From: Candidatus Entotheonellaceae bacterium
GTDB taxonomy: Bacteria > Tectomicrobia > Entotheonellia > Entotheonellales > Entotheonellaceae
Direction: 5' to 3'
Length of the DNA stretch: 64,000 nt
NCBI GenBank assembly: GCA_965238075.1
Contig: OZ250173.1
Span: 32,001-96,000 of the forward strand
Shown here: piece after piece, positions 50,970-61,213 of the stretch
Layout of the letters: the number at the start of each line of letters is the position of its first letter
How positions within the stretch are numbered: position 1 is the stretch's first letter
The notes under the pieces: generated by a model
The model's input: only the letters and a program-made list of their open reading frames with translations
Told to the model about the DNA's origin: nothing
Database searches by the model: none
Program-made: the position numbers and the translations under genes

Positions 50970-51539
50970 ATGTCCAAACGCAAACGAGCAGGGCGTGCCT
51001 GGGTATGGCTCGGTCTGCTTTCGGCAACCCTTTTGGCGCTGCATCCCATGCACGCGGATGCGGCAGAAGGGCTGGCCCTTCCCCAGGGTATGCAGGCTCC
51101 GAGTCAACCCGCAACCCTTCCCGCCTTCGAGCTACCCGATCCCGGTGGCAACATCGTTCGTGCCGCCGACCTGCAAGGCAAGGTCGTGGTCGTACGGTTC
51201 TGGGCCACTTGGTGAGGGATCTGTCGCAGCGAGATGCCCTCCGTGCAGAGGGTACACGAAGCCTTCCCGAATGAAGATGTCGCCGTGGTTGCCATCTCCC
51301 TTGATGGCGGCGGTGTCCCGACGGTGCAGTCCTACCTGGCCAGACACGAGTACACCTTTCCCACGCCGGTCGATCAGAAGATGACGGTGGCCCGTGCGCT
51401 CGGCGCCCGGAGCGTTCCCTATACGCTTGTGATCAACCGCCAGGGCGTCGTCGTTGCCAGTGCCTCCGGACCTTTCGATTTAGACGGCGGCCCATTCCGG
51501 CAGTACCTTGCCGACCTGGCGGCCCAGCCGCGTAGCTAA
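50970..51539 (+). CDS. TlpA/ResA-like thioredoxin, probable selenoprotein (UxxC)
   Basis: FWATW-TGA(51213-51215)-GIC-RSEMP; the frame continues into ORF 51234..51539. Confidence 0.85.
51214..51242 (+). promoter_or_regulatory. Candidate SECIS hairpin
   Basis: GAGGG-ATC-tg-TCG-cag-CGA-GAT-g-CCCTC directly at the UGA. Confidence 0.45.
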
Positions 51540-51559
51540 CGTCATACAAGGAGATTCTT

Positions 51560-52135
51560 ATGCAGGCAATCCAACGACCCGGGCGGTTTGTAGCCGCCCT
51601 GCTGTTGGCGGCGGTGCTGGTCTGTGGCGGCCTTAGCTCTGCCTCGGCCCTCCAGGTCGGGGACAAGGCGCCCGACTTCGCCCTGGCCGCGACTACCGCC
51701 GATGAGGTGAAGCTATCCGACTTTATCGGCAAGAAGCACGTGGTCATATTCTTCTACGTGGGCGCCTTCACCGGCGTTTGAACGCAGGAAGCGCTGGCCT
51801 TCCAACTTGACTTGCCCAAGTTCGAGGCCGCCAATGCCCAGGTACTGGGTATCAGCGTCGATTTCAACGATGCCAACAAAGCATGGGCCGAAAAGCTCGG
51901 TCTCACCTATCCGCTCCTTAGCGACATGTTCCGCGGCATGTCGAAGGTCTATGGCACCCTTTTCGATGACCCTGCCCTGCTGGAACAGGAGGGCTTCGGG
52001 CCGGTCATTTACCGGCGTAACCAGCGGGCTTTCATGATCATCGACAAGGAAGGCGTGGTGCGTTACAACAAGATCACGCCGCCTCTGGAACTCGTTCCCA
52101 ACGATGAACTTCTGGCGGTACTCAAGGGCCTGTAG
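51560..52135 (+). CDS. Peroxiredoxin (AhpE/BCP-like), probable selenoprotein (TxxU)
   Basis: VGDKAPDF...GAFTGV-TGA(51779-51781)-TQE; in-frame continuation VLGISVD, YPLLSD, RAFMIID. Confidence 0.85.
51787..51829 (+). promoter_or_regulatory. Candidate SECIS hairpin(s)
   Basis: GGAAG..CTTCC (51787-51803) or GGCCTTC-C-AACTTG..CAAGTT-C-GAGGCC (51796-51829) just after the UGA. Confidence 0.45.
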
Positions 52136-52208
52136 CGGCCTTGAATGACGCCATCCTCTTCCGTCCGGGGTTGGCAGGAACGGCTCGCGCCAGCCCCGGC
52201 GGTTGGAT

Positions 52209-53141
52209 TTACGCAGGGCGATGAAAGACCGGTAAGACATTCTCGATGTAAGCCTCAAACGCCTCCCAATCAATGGGCGCACGGAAGGCGATGTTCAATC
52301 CCTCAGCGCCCGCATCCATATACTCTCCGATACGATCAATGACTTCCTGCGCCGTGCCGGTAAGTGCGCCCTGACGGCGGTCGGGGGTCATTTTTTCCAG
52401 CCTTTCCCCTGCCCTTCTGGCGCCGGCCTCGTCGGCAGCCATGAGGAAATGCAAATTGACACTGCGTGAAATACCGGCGGGGTCCCGTCCAAGCCTGTCG
52501 CAGGCCAGCTCCAACTGTTCCATCCGTTCCCGGAATTCTGCCGGCGACACGTAAGGCAGGTTGAACCCGTCGGCATATTGTGCGGCCATGCGCGGCGTGC
52601 GTTTGGGCCCGCGGCCACCGATCCAGATGGGCAACTTGCCGTTAACGGGCTTGGGGCCACACACAGCGCCCTGCACGTTATAGTATTTCCCCGTGAAATT
52701 GGTCACCGGCTCTTCGAACAACGACTTGATAATCTGGACCGCTTCTTCCATCTGGTCCAGCCGCTCCTTGAGCGGCGGAAAGCCGTAGCCGAACTCGCGA
52801 AATTCTTCCTCGAACCAACCCCCGCCCAGGCCCAGCTCGCAGCGCCCGCCGCTGATGTGATCGACCGTAATGGCTGCCTTCGCCAACAGGCCCGGATTGC
52901 GAAACAACGTGCAGAACACCAGGCAACCGACCCGCGCCCGGGACGTCACAGCCGCCAACGTTGCCATGGCGGCGACGGCCTCGAAGCAGGTGTTTTCCCG
53001 ACGCTCGAGCGGGTTGGCATAGAAGTGATCCCACACGGAAATCCAATGAAATCCGGCTTCGTCGGCCTGTTTCCACAGGCGCTTCAGGTCGTCCATGGGC
53101 AAGTCCTGCGGTCCTGCGTGCACGCCCAGCTTGATGCTCAT
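52209..53141 (-). CDS. LLM-class (F420-type) oxidoreductase
   Basis: VWDHF, RNPGLLAK, DHISGGR, GGGWFEEE, IWIGGRG. Confidence 0.9.
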   Translation of the reverse strand: MSIKLGVHAGPQDLPMDDLKRLWKQADEAGFHWISVWDHFYANPLERRENTCFEAVAAMATLAAVTSRARVGCLVFCTLFRNPGLLAKAAITVDHISGGRCELGLGGGWFEEEFREFGYGFPPLKERLDQMEEAVQIIKSLFEEPVTNFTGKYYNVQGAVCGPKPVNGKLPIWIGGRGPKRTPRMAAQYADGFNLPYVSPAEFRERMEQLELACDRLGRDPAGISRSVNLHFLMAADEAGARRAGERLEKMTPDRRQGALTGTAQEVIDRIGEYMDAGAEGLNIAFRAPIDWEAFEAYIENVLPVFHRPA

Positions 53142-53371
53142 TTTGCTGCTCCTTTTGCATAGGCCCTGTGGGGAGGTGCTTGGACTTTGATTAGGTTGCG
53201 GTGCATGAGGCGGCGCAGTATAGCATGGGGTTTTTTGGGCTTGCGCCCGTTTGCAAAATGCCGGCTTCCTACCTATTCTGGGCACTTGTCGGCCAATATG
53301 TTCCGCGGCCAACGCAACCGGCGGTAAGCATCCCGCCACGAGAAAACGAAGCCTGAATCGGGGAGGTATGG

Positions 53372-54373
53372 GTGGCAACGTTCAAAGTCGTTACAGGGAA
53401 GATGTCGGGGTTCTTGGCGGATCTCGGCGGGGCGAATTATGAGATGGAGCGCGAGGCCCTTGAACCCATCGGTGCGGAAATCATCGTTTTGGATGCCTCG
53501 GACGAGGACGCCTTCATCGCGCAAGCCAAGGACGCGGACGCCATCATCGGCCGCGGCGTGCGCCTGACGCCGAAAATTCTGGCGGCGCTGCAGAAATGTA
53601 AGGTCATCGCGGGTTCAGGCGTCGGTTTCGACTACGTGGACGTTCCGGCCGCCACGCGGGCGGGCATTGTCGTCACCAACGTGCCGGACGTGTTCATCGA
53701 AGAAGTCGCCGACCATGCCATGACGCTGCTGCTTGGTTGTTGGCGGCGCCTCATCACGCAGGACCGTATCGTGCGTGAGGGCCGTTGGGGCGAAGGCCGT
53801 GAGGAGCTATCCAAGCACGCGCGCCTGCAGGGACAGACCCTCGGTTTCGTCTCCTTCGGCAATATCCCGCGCTTGATCACCAAGCGCGCCAAGGCGTTCG
53901 GCCTGCAAGTTATCGCCTTCGACCCTTTCATTCACGAGCACGTCATGCAGCAATACGAGGTCGGCGTCACGGGCAGTCTGCAAGAGTTGTTGCAAGCCTC
54001 CGACTTTGTTTCTATGCACGTGCCGTTGTCCCCCACCACCCAGGCCATGTTCACGGAGCCGCATTTCCGCGCCATGAAGCCGACGGCGATTTTCATCAAC
54101 ACCGGTCGAGGTCCGACGGTAGACGAAAAGGCCCTGATCAAGGCGCTTCAGGAAGGGTGGATTGCCGGAGCCGGCCTTGACGTGTTCGAACAAGAGCCTG
54201 TGAGCACCGATAACCCGCTGCTCAAAATGGACAACGTCATCGTGTCGGCGCATGTGGCTTCCGCCTCCTCGCGCATGATGCCCGAGGCGCGTCGGCGGGC
54301 CGGGCGTGAGATCGCCGCCGTCCTTCAGGGGCGTCGGCCCCTCTCCCCGATCAATCCGCAGGTGCTGACATAG
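53372..54373 (+). CDS. D-2-hydroxyacid dehydrogenase (CtBP-like)
   Basis: GVGFD, NVPD..EEVADH, INTGRG, GLDVFEQEP. Confidence 0.9.
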   Translation: MATFKVVTGKMSGFLADLGGANYEMEREALEPIGAEIIVLDASDEDAFIAQAKDADAIIGRGVRLTPKILAALQKCKVIAGSGVGFDYVDVPAATRAGIVVTNVPDVFIEEVADHAMTLLLGCWRRLITQDRIVREGRWGEGREELSKHARLQGQTLGFVSFGNIPRLITKRAKAFGLQVIAFDPFIHEHVMQQYEVGVTGSLQELLQASDFVSMHVPLSPTTQAMFTEPHFRAMKPTAIFINTGRGPTVDEKALIKALQEGWIAGAGLDVFEQEPVSTDNPLLKMDNVIVSAHVASASSRMMPEARRRAGREIAAVLQGRRPLSPINPQVLT

Positions 54374-54384
54374 GCGTGTAAACT

Positions 54385-55023
54385 TTAAGACGTTGGTTCA
54401 TTCAGCGTTGCCGCGATGCGGGCCGTCACGACCTCTGGAGCGGTGTCGCCGTCGATGCGCCTCAGCAGACCCTGCTGACTGTAGAACGGAATGATGGGTA
54501 TCGTTTCGGCGTGGTACTTTTCCAGGCGGGGTACGCAGGCCGCCTCGGTGTCGTCCCTGCGCTGCACGATGCGATCGGCAATGTCGGCTGGCGGTGGCCT
54601 GAACTGGACGTGGTAGATGTCGCCAGTCTCAGGGTCCATGCGCCGGCCGGTGACGCGCTCCAGAATGCGGCTATCCGGCACCTCGATCAGCACCACGGCG
54701 TCAAGGGTCACACCGACCTTTTGCAAATCGACCGCCAGCGCCTCGGCCTGTAGCCGGGTGCGTGGAAAGCCGTCCAGTATGAAACCTTTCGCACAATCCG
54801 GCTGCGCCGTGCGCTCAACGATCATCGCAATGACCAATTCGTCGGGCACAAGCTGGCCGGCCTTCATGAAGCCGTCCGCCTGCTTGCCCAGCGCCGTGCC
54901 GGCGACCACCGCGGCGCGCAGCATGTCGCCGCTCGAAATGTGCGGAATCTGAAATCGTTCCACCAGGTATTCGGCTTGGGTTCCCTTGCCCGCTCCTGGC
55001 GGACCGATCAGGATCAAACGCAT
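54385..55023 (-). CDS. adk: Adenylate kinase
   Basis: GPPGAGKGT, SSGDMLR, LDGFPR. Confidence 0.95.
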   Translation of the reverse strand: MRLILIGPPGAGKGTQAEYLVERFQIPHISSGDMLRAAVVAGTALGKQADGFMKAGQLVPDELVIAMIVERTAQPDCAKGFILDGFPRTRLQAEALAVDLQKVGVTLDAVVLIEVPDSRILERVTGRRMDPETGDIYHVQFRPPPADIADRIVQRRDDTEAACVPRLEKYHAETIPIIPFYSQQGLLRRIDGDTAPEVVTARIAATLNEPTS

Positions 55024-55275
55024 GTCGTATGCTCACTATCAGTTGGCTGTTTAAGGTGGGTGAAGGACTTGCTAACGGGAGCCGGAACGGTTGCAATCCG
55101 CTGCCACGCCGCCCCAATATACATAGGGGCTCGCTGCCTTGCTAGACCTGTGGATTGCAAAGCGTGTAGAATTGCTTTACCTCAAGCCGATTCCCGAGGG
55201 CATGGCGGCGCGGTTCAGAACTGGTCTCGATAACCTGACCGGGCAGATTAACATCTCACGCGTAAGGAGAGCGTT

Positions 55276-56424
55276 TTGCAGTACAACCTTATTTCCGGCG
55301 ACAACCATATTGACTTGACGTACTGTCCACGCGATTTGTGGTCGGCCGATGCGCCGGCCAAGTGGAGACTGCTCGTTCCGCGGGTGGAGGAACTGGATGA
55401 CGGCCTGCACTGGTTTGTGGAAGGCCAGGATAAGGGCATGTGGAACGGTGTCGGACCCGGTTTTCTGAAATACCAGAAGGGCATGTTTGCCCGCATCGAC
55501 ACCATGAAGGACCTCGGTTTCGAGTGGGGGCACGACCGGAGCGCCAGCCCGCGCCCGACCACCCCTGAACTGAGAATCGAAGACCTCGACCGTGACGGCG
55601 TTGATGCCGAAATCGTGTACGGCTGCCTGTTGGTCAATGATCTCATTCCCGACGGCGACCGCCGCGCCTGGGCATACCGGCGGTACAACGACTGGGTAGC
55701 GGATTTCGCCAAACGCTCCGACCCGAATCGCGTCTTCCCACTGGCCGTTATTCCGAACAATGATCCGCAGGAAGGTGCGGCAGAAATCCGCCGTTGCGCC
55801 AAGATGGGCCTCAAGGGCGGCGACTTGCCCGTCAAGCGGATGAGCGTGCCCCTGTGGCATCACGATTGGTACCACGTATGGGAAGCCGCTGCCGAGTGCA
55901 ACTTCCCCATCTCCTTCCACTCCACTGGCTTCAAGGGTCTGCGGGCGCCTGACACGCCGGGGATGGAGGAGGAATACGCGGTCGAATGGCGCCTGTTGCG
56001 CTCGGCGCTGTTCCAGTTGGACGGTATGGAAGTCCTCGTGTCCCTTATTATTTCCGGGGCCTGCGAGAAGTACCCCAACCTCAAGTTCATCCTCGGCGAG
56101 TCCGGCGTCACCTGGATACCGTACGTCTTGGATCGCCTGGATACCGAGTATGAAGACCGCGCCCGCGAGCTGGGCTTCTCGATGAAACCGAGCGATTACT
56201 TCCGGCGCAATGGCTTCACCACTTACCAGCAGGACCAGTTCATCTCGACGATCATCCCGCTGGTGGGCGAGGACAACATCATCTGGGGCGCGGACTACCC
56301 GCATCCGGATTGCATCTGGCCTGATTCACGGCACCACCTTGAGGTCAACCTCAGCGACGTGTCGGCCAGCGTGCAGCGCAAGATCACCTGCGAAAACGTG
56401 GTCAAGTTGTACGATCTCGCGTAA
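55276..56424 (+). CDS. Amidohydrolase-2 family protein
   Basis: SGDNH, YNDWVADF, SFH, GESG, WGADYPH. Confidence 0.9.
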   Translation: MQYNLISGDNHIDLTYCPRDLWSADAPAKWRLLVPRVEELDDGLHWFVEGQDKGMWNGVGPGFLKYQKGMFARIDTMKDLGFEWGHDRSASPRPTTPELRIEDLDRDGVDAEIVYGCLLVNDLIPDGDRRAWAYRRYNDWVADFAKRSDPNRVFPLAVIPNNDPQEGAAEIRRCAKMGLKGGDLPVKRMSVPLWHHDWYHVWEAAAECNFPISFHSTGFKGLRAPDTPGMEEEYAVEWRLLRSALFQLDGMEVLVSLIISGACEKYPNLKFILGESGVTWIPYVLDRLDTEYEDRARELGFSMKPSDYFRRNGFTTYQQDQFISTIIPLVGEDNIIWGADYPHPDCIWPDSRHHLEVNLSDVSASVQRKITCENVVKLYDLA

Positions 56425-56477
56425 GGAAGCTGCCGAGTCCGAGCGTCCGTACCTTGAATGACAACTGCCCAGGGGTG

Positions 56478-57482
56478 CTAGCCTCTGGGCAGTTGGTGCC
56501 TTGGATTGGGGTGGGCGAGGACGTCTTTGTTCACCAGATTCTCGGGCATCTTGCCTTGCAAGACCGCGGCCACTTCCCCTGCCGCGCGTTCCTCCAGTTC
56601 CAGCACCGCTTCTTCCGAGAAAAACGCCACGTGCGGCGTAATGATGGCATTCTCCATGCCTAGCAACGGGTGGTCCGGCGCCGGGTGCGCATCGACCAGC
56701 ACGTCAAGTCCAGCCCCTCCGATGCGGTTGTTGTTCAGCGCGTCGTACAGAGCGTCCTCGTCGATCAACGGGCCGCGCGCGCAATTGATCAGGAAAGCGG
56801 TCGGCTTCATGAGGCCGAGTTCCGCGGGCCCGATCAGATTGCGCGTCTCGGGGATCAGTGGTGAGTGCAGGGTCACGAAGTCCGATTCCTTCAGCAGCGT
56901 TGGCATATCCACCATTTTGCCGCCCAGTTTCTCCACTGTTTCGGCGGGCACGAACGGGTCACAGGCCAGGACCTCAAGCCCAAACGCCAATGCTTTCCTG
57001 CACACCGCCTGGCCGATTCGGCCAAACCCGACGATGCCGAGCTTCTTGCCGCGCAGCCTCATGATCGGCATGGTCAGAGACAGGCTGCTCCAGCCGGAGG
57101 TTTTGACCAGCCGGTCGAAATACGCAATGCGCCGGTTCCAGGTCATCAGCAGCCCCATGACGTGGTCGGAGACCTCCTCGACGCAGTAGTCCGGCACGTA
57201 AGTGACCGCCATGCCCAATTCCGTTGCCGTGTTCACCGCGATGTTGTCCACCCCGACGCCATAGCGCCCGACCACGACACATTTCTCCGCCGCCCGCAGG
57301 ACGGTTTCGGTAACCTGCGCGAAGCACGTCAGAATGCCGTCAACGTCCCTCGCAAATTCTGCAAGGGTGGCCTCGCTGCCGTCCGGCGCCACCACGAGTT
57401 CGGCGCCGATCTGCGCCAGCACCGCCTTCTCTGGCTCCACAGAGGGCCACACATAATCCGTCACCAGCACTTTGTAAGCCAT
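56478..57482 (-). CDS. D-2-hydroxyacid dehydrogenase (CtBP-like)
   Basis: RYGVGVDNI, VPDYCVEEVSDH, GFGRIG, TPHVAF. Confidence 0.92.
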   Translation of the reverse strand: MAYKVLVTDYVWPSVEPEKAVLAQIGAELVVAPDGSEATLAEFARDVDGILTCFAQVTETVLRAAEKCVVVGRYGVGVDNIAVNTATELGMAVTYVPDYCVEEVSDHVMGLLMTWNRRIAYFDRLVKTSGWSSLSLTMPIMRLRGKKLGIVGFGRIGQAVCRKALAFGLEVLACDPFVPAETVEKLGGKMVDMPTLLKESDFVTLHSPLIPETRNLIGPAELGLMKPTAFLINCARGPLIDEDALYDALNNNRIGGAGLDVLVDAHPAPDHPLLGMENAIITPHVAFFSEEAVLELEERAAGEVAAVLQGKMPENLVNKDVLAHPNPRHQLPRG

Positions 57483-57523
57483 GGATTTTTCCTCAGTTCA
57501 AATGCTCCTTGGAATTGTTACTG

Positions 57524-58003
57524 CTATTCGGTACCGCAAAGGTCTTTGTTCCGGAGCAGCTTCTTGTGTGTAGAGGTGAAATTCTTGTTAGGGTTCCTTT
57601 TCACGTCGGTTGAATAAACCCTGCCCGGCGGACCATCGATGAATTTCTGATTTCGGAAATCATCCATCAGATCCCTATCGTTGGAGTACAATAGCCGCGC
57701 TCCACTAACGAAGGCCAAGGCGATAACATGAGGATCGTCCGACTTGGCTGTCGACTCGATCTCGATTTGCTCTGTTTTTCTATCAACTTCGTTTTTGTCT
57801 ATTGTTCTCATTTTCCCGGCCTGCTGGACCTGCATTGCCCACTGTCTGAAATCGGAATGCCTTTCGAGTTCCTCCAACAACTTGCCACCAACCACTAGCC
57901 GCCCACTCCCTTTGTTGAGCCAAGCAAAAAACCGCTCTCCTGCTGGCGGTAAACTGGGGCCGAATACCTCGTGGATGACGTTTGCGTCGACAATCGCGCA
58001 CAT
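57524..58003 (-). CDS. PIN-domain protein
   Basis: IVDANV, LEEL, SDDPHVIALA, LYSNDRDL acidic PIN set. Confidence 0.75.
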   Translation of the reverse strand: MCAIVDANVIHEVFGPSLPPAGERFFAWLNKGSGRLVVGGKLLEELERHSDFRQWAMQVQQAGKMRTIDKNEVDRKTEQIEIESTAKSDDPHVIALAFVSGARLLYSNDRDLMDDFRNQKFIDGPPGRVYSTDVKRNPNKNFTSTHKKLLRNKDLCGTE

Positions 58004-58006
58004 TCT

Positions 58007-59389
58007 TCAGGTCCTTATAGATTGTCTCTTCCATAGTGACCTCGCCGTTTCTTCCAGGAAAAAACTTCGATAGCCATCGGGGGCGCCTAAGATGTTTCCT
58101 TCTTCGTCGATTCGGAGCGAGTGAATACGAACGTCCAGATCGCCACGTTCAAAGAAGAGAATGGATACGTCATCGGGCTTCAACCCGGTCGTACCGTCGC
58201 GGACGTCCATCCGTATCCGGTCGAGCAAATGGTCGCTATGGGTTTCGACAATCAACTGGCGGTCTGGGCTGGCAACCTGACAGAACAGGGTTCCAAGAGC
58301 TGCCTGCGCGCTCGGATGAAGATGTACCTCCGGCTGCTGTAGCAGGAACATTGATGGGGCGTCTGGTCGCAGCAATTCGGTTATCAACGGCAGAACCTGG
58401 CTGACACCGTATCCCATGTCGATGAGGTTGCGCTGTGGTCCTCTCAAACGCTTTCCGAATCTTCTGACTTGTAGTTGGAAGGGTTCACTTTCTCTGTTAC
58501 CGAGCGGACGGATGGATATTTCATCAAAGAGACCCGCCGCCTTTCCGAATTCCTCCAGTTGTTTTTTGAGAGCCCCCCACACCTTCTTGTTTTGGAAAAA
58601 CATATTGGCAAGAAACATGGGAACATATTCGCCTTCCGGGTCAGGTATGGAACGTGATGGATCATAAGTTCGACGCGGTTTCGAGCGGACAGGCGCGCTT
58701 GCGAAAGACAACGTTCTGAAAGACCGGAATCCGGAGAACATGAGCCTTCTGCCCATTTCTTCGTCCTCGGAACTAAGCGGGGGGGAGCCCGAAAGCGGTA
58801 CGAATTCCGAAAGTCCTGCCCGCTGAGCCTCCGAAAACAATAGCCTTGGGGCAAAATACATCATAAATGACCGGCCCACGTCGGTCTCGAAATCAAACGT
58901 GCCACTGACGTCGACAGGTAGTTTCCTCCTCTCCCAACTCCCCCTGGAGGTCCCAAAACGAAGGATGAAAGGCTGACCCGATTCAAAATGTTCGTCAGTC
59001 CAGATGTCCCCCATTGCTTGTTGTCTTCTAATCGGGGTCGGCGTCGTTCCCATTTTTCCAAACGTGACACTAAAATGGCGTGGAATGTTCTCCGCGGAGT
59101 CATCTCCCAGATTCGGTTCCATAACGCTAAAACCTGCTTTGAAAGTGTCAGCCCTGCCGCCTTTAGTGCCTCGGTGATGGGCGATTTCGTCGAAGCTTCC
59201 CAAATCATAAGGATCTTCCTTAAAATCTGGATTCCGAAAGTCGATAGCGATGTCTAGAAGAGCTTTAATCATGGCGAGAAACGACGTTTTGCCAGTGCTG
59301 TTTTCCCCCACAAGCAGAGTCAAGGGCGCTAGGCGAGCAGTCTGCTCATCGCGGAAGCATCGGAAGTTTTCGAGGATGATTTCGTACAT
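58007..59389 (-). CDS. ABC-type (AAA_15/AAA_21-like) ATPase with DUF3696-like tail
   Basis: LENFRCF, GENSTGKT, MGYGVSQ, QQPEVHLHP, VETHSDHL. Confidence 0.88.
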   Translation of the reverse strand: MYEIILENFRCFRDEQTARLAPLTLLVGENSTGKTSFLAMIKALLDIAIDFRNPDFKEDPYDLGSFDEIAHHRGTKGGRADTFKAGFSVMEPNLGDDSAENIPRHFSVTFGKMGTTPTPIRRQQAMGDIWTDEHFESGQPFILRFGTSRGSWERRKLPVDVSGTFDFETDVGRSFMMYFAPRLLFSEAQRAGLSEFVPLSGSPPLSSEDEEMGRRLMFSGFRSFRTLSFASAPVRSKPRRTYDPSRSIPDPEGEYVPMFLANMFFQNKKVWGALKKQLEEFGKAAGLFDEISIRPLGNRESEPFQLQVRRFGKRLRGPQRNLIDMGYGVSQVLPLITELLRPDAPSMFLLQQPEVHLHPSAQAALGTLFCQVASPDRQLIVETHSDHLLDRIRMDVRDGTTGLKPDDVSILFFERGDLDVRIHSLRIDEEGNILGAPDGYRSFFLEETARSLWKRQSIRT

Positions 59390-59545
59390 GTCAGTAAACC
59401 CTCCATGACCGCGGTACAGCGAGCACGGCACGTAGCAGGCACTTTCCCCAAACGCATGCGAACACAGAGTCCCATATGCGGACGAGTCACACGAAGTACG
59501 AGCTACTATTTCCACAGTCCAAAGAGTTTGGGGCCCCAATGGGCT

Positions 59546-61171
59546 TTACAGGCCAAGTGGTTCGCCCATAGGATTGAACATACAGCCCTCGACAAAGATG
59601 TCGAAGAAATCCGGAGTGGTTTCCAACTCGATGTGTTCGATCTGAGGCGCCAGGGCTTCCATGCGTTGCCGCAGGTCGCTGTTACTCAGCATAAGGGTCG
59701 CGCCTTCCAGGGAGGCGTTACCGACTTTGGCGATGCGTTCGGTGGGCATGTTGGCGATGAAGCCAATGTCGATGGCATTCTCGACGTTGATGTAGTTGGC
59801 GAAGCCACCGGCCAGATACAGCTTTCGGATCTCGCCCAGCGGCACCCCGTAGCGCCGCAGCGCGATGTACTGACCCGAGAAGTTGGCCGACTTGGCCTGC
59901 GCCAGGGCGCTGATGTCGGCGCGCGACAACGACATGCCGCTGTCCGGCACGAAGACGAAGGCCTGCTCACCACTCTCGTAAACGCCGAGTTCGTTCATTT
60001 TGCCGCTGCGCCGCAGTTCTGCCAGCAGGTCGACGAGGCCGGAGCCGCAGATACCCTGAGCCGGCGTCCCGCCGATCGTCTTGCAGGTGACACCGTCGTC
60101 GCCGATGGTCACGGACTCGACGGCGCCGTTGTAACCGGGCATGCCGTACGTTACCTCCCCGCCCTCGAAGGCCGGACCCGCCGGGCACGACGCCGCGATC
60201 ATACGGTGACGGTTACCGACAACGACTTCCGTATTGGTCCCGACGTCCACCAGCAGAACAACGTCGTCTTCCTGGTCCAGACCCACGGCGAGCAGATCGG
60301 CCGCTACGTCGGCGCCGACGTGTGAGCTGATGAGCGGTCCGCCGTAGACGTTGGCACGTGGAAAAATTCGTAGCCCCAACTCCTTGGCTTTGACGTTCAG
60401 CGCGGTGGTCGCCCGCTGACCCGCCAGCATTTCCAGTTCGGTAACGGACTTGTAGGGTTTCTCGCCGATCGGCTGGACGTCGAATCCGAAGAACAGGTCC
60501 CGCATGGTGGCATTGCCGACGATGACCATCTCGTATATTCGCCGCGCTCGCACCTTGAGGCGCCGGCACATATCCCTTATCTCAAAGTTGATGCCGGACA
60601 AAATGGCCTGTTGCAGCTCACCCCGGAACGGCCCGCCGTCGTAGGATATGCGGTGCATGATATCGCTGCCGCCAAAGCGTTGCGGGTTTTCGAACGAGCC
60701 TGTGTACAGGATGTCGCCGCTTTCCAGGTCGACCAGATTCAGCGCGACCGTCGTGGTGCCGAGGTCCACCGCTAACCCGCAAATCTGACCCCGGTAGTCG
60801 TCGAGGCGCTCGGCACCGAAATACACGCCGTCGTCCCTGCGAATGGACAACGGCGCCAGCGGCACTTGGCGCCGGATACCATGCGTCAGAATCTTCGGTT
60901 GGCGCCGCAACACGGCAAATTCGATATCGGCATCGGGCTCGGCGATCAAGGCTTGGCAGGCAAGGCGGTACGGCTGGCGCAGGAAGCTTTCCGCCTGGGT
61001 CGGGGAATTGAGCGCTGGCATGCCGCGTTTGATTTCGACAATGCACTCGTGGCACTGACCGGTTCTGCCGCACGAGGTGGGCACGCGGACTTTCAAGGTG
61101 TCGGCGTAGTCGAAAACGGACTTGCCGGCAACGGCATCGAGCCGGTGGGAGTCGTGATACATGGGTGCCAT
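59546..61171 (-). CDS. ASKHA-type reductive activator of corrinoid proteins (RACo-like) with 2Fe-2S domain
   Basis: CGRTGQCHEC...RLACQ, DLGTTT, DVGTNTE, AGPAFEG, GICGSG, LAGGF. Confidence 0.9.
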   Translation of the reverse strand: MAPMYHDSHRLDAVAGKSVFDYADTLKVRVPTSCGRTGQCHECIVEIKRGMPALNSPTQAESFLRQPYRLACQALIAEPDADIEFAVLRRQPKILTHGIRRQVPLAPLSIRRDDGVYFGAERLDDYRGQICGLAVDLGTTTVALNLVDLESGDILYTGSFENPQRFGGSDIMHRISYDGGPFRGELQQAILSGINFEIRDMCRRLKVRARRIYEMVIVGNATMRDLFFGFDVQPIGEKPYKSVTELEMLAGQRATTALNVKAKELGLRIFPRANVYGGPLISSHVGADVAADLLAVGLDQEDDVVLLVDVGTNTEVVVGNRHRMIAASCPAGPAFEGGEVTYGMPGYNGAVESVTIGDDGVTCKTIGGTPAQGICGSGLVDLLAELRRSGKMNELGVYESGEQAFVFVPDSGMSLSRADISALAQAKSANFSGQYIALRRYGVPLGEIRKLYLAGGFANYINVENAIDIGFIANMPTERIAKVGNASLEGATLMLSNSDLRQRMEALAPQIEHIELETTPDFFDIFVEGCMFNPMGEPLGL

Positions 61172-61213
61172 GCAGGCGTCTTCCTATGGAAGGTCTGTTA
61201 AGTCCGCCTGCAC

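Noticed and set aside
50883-52135. Reading the redoxin genes as four small ORFs or as pseudogenes
   Set aside because: Both stops are TGA, in frame and exactly at the catalytic Cys position; Sec read-through is more parsimonious.
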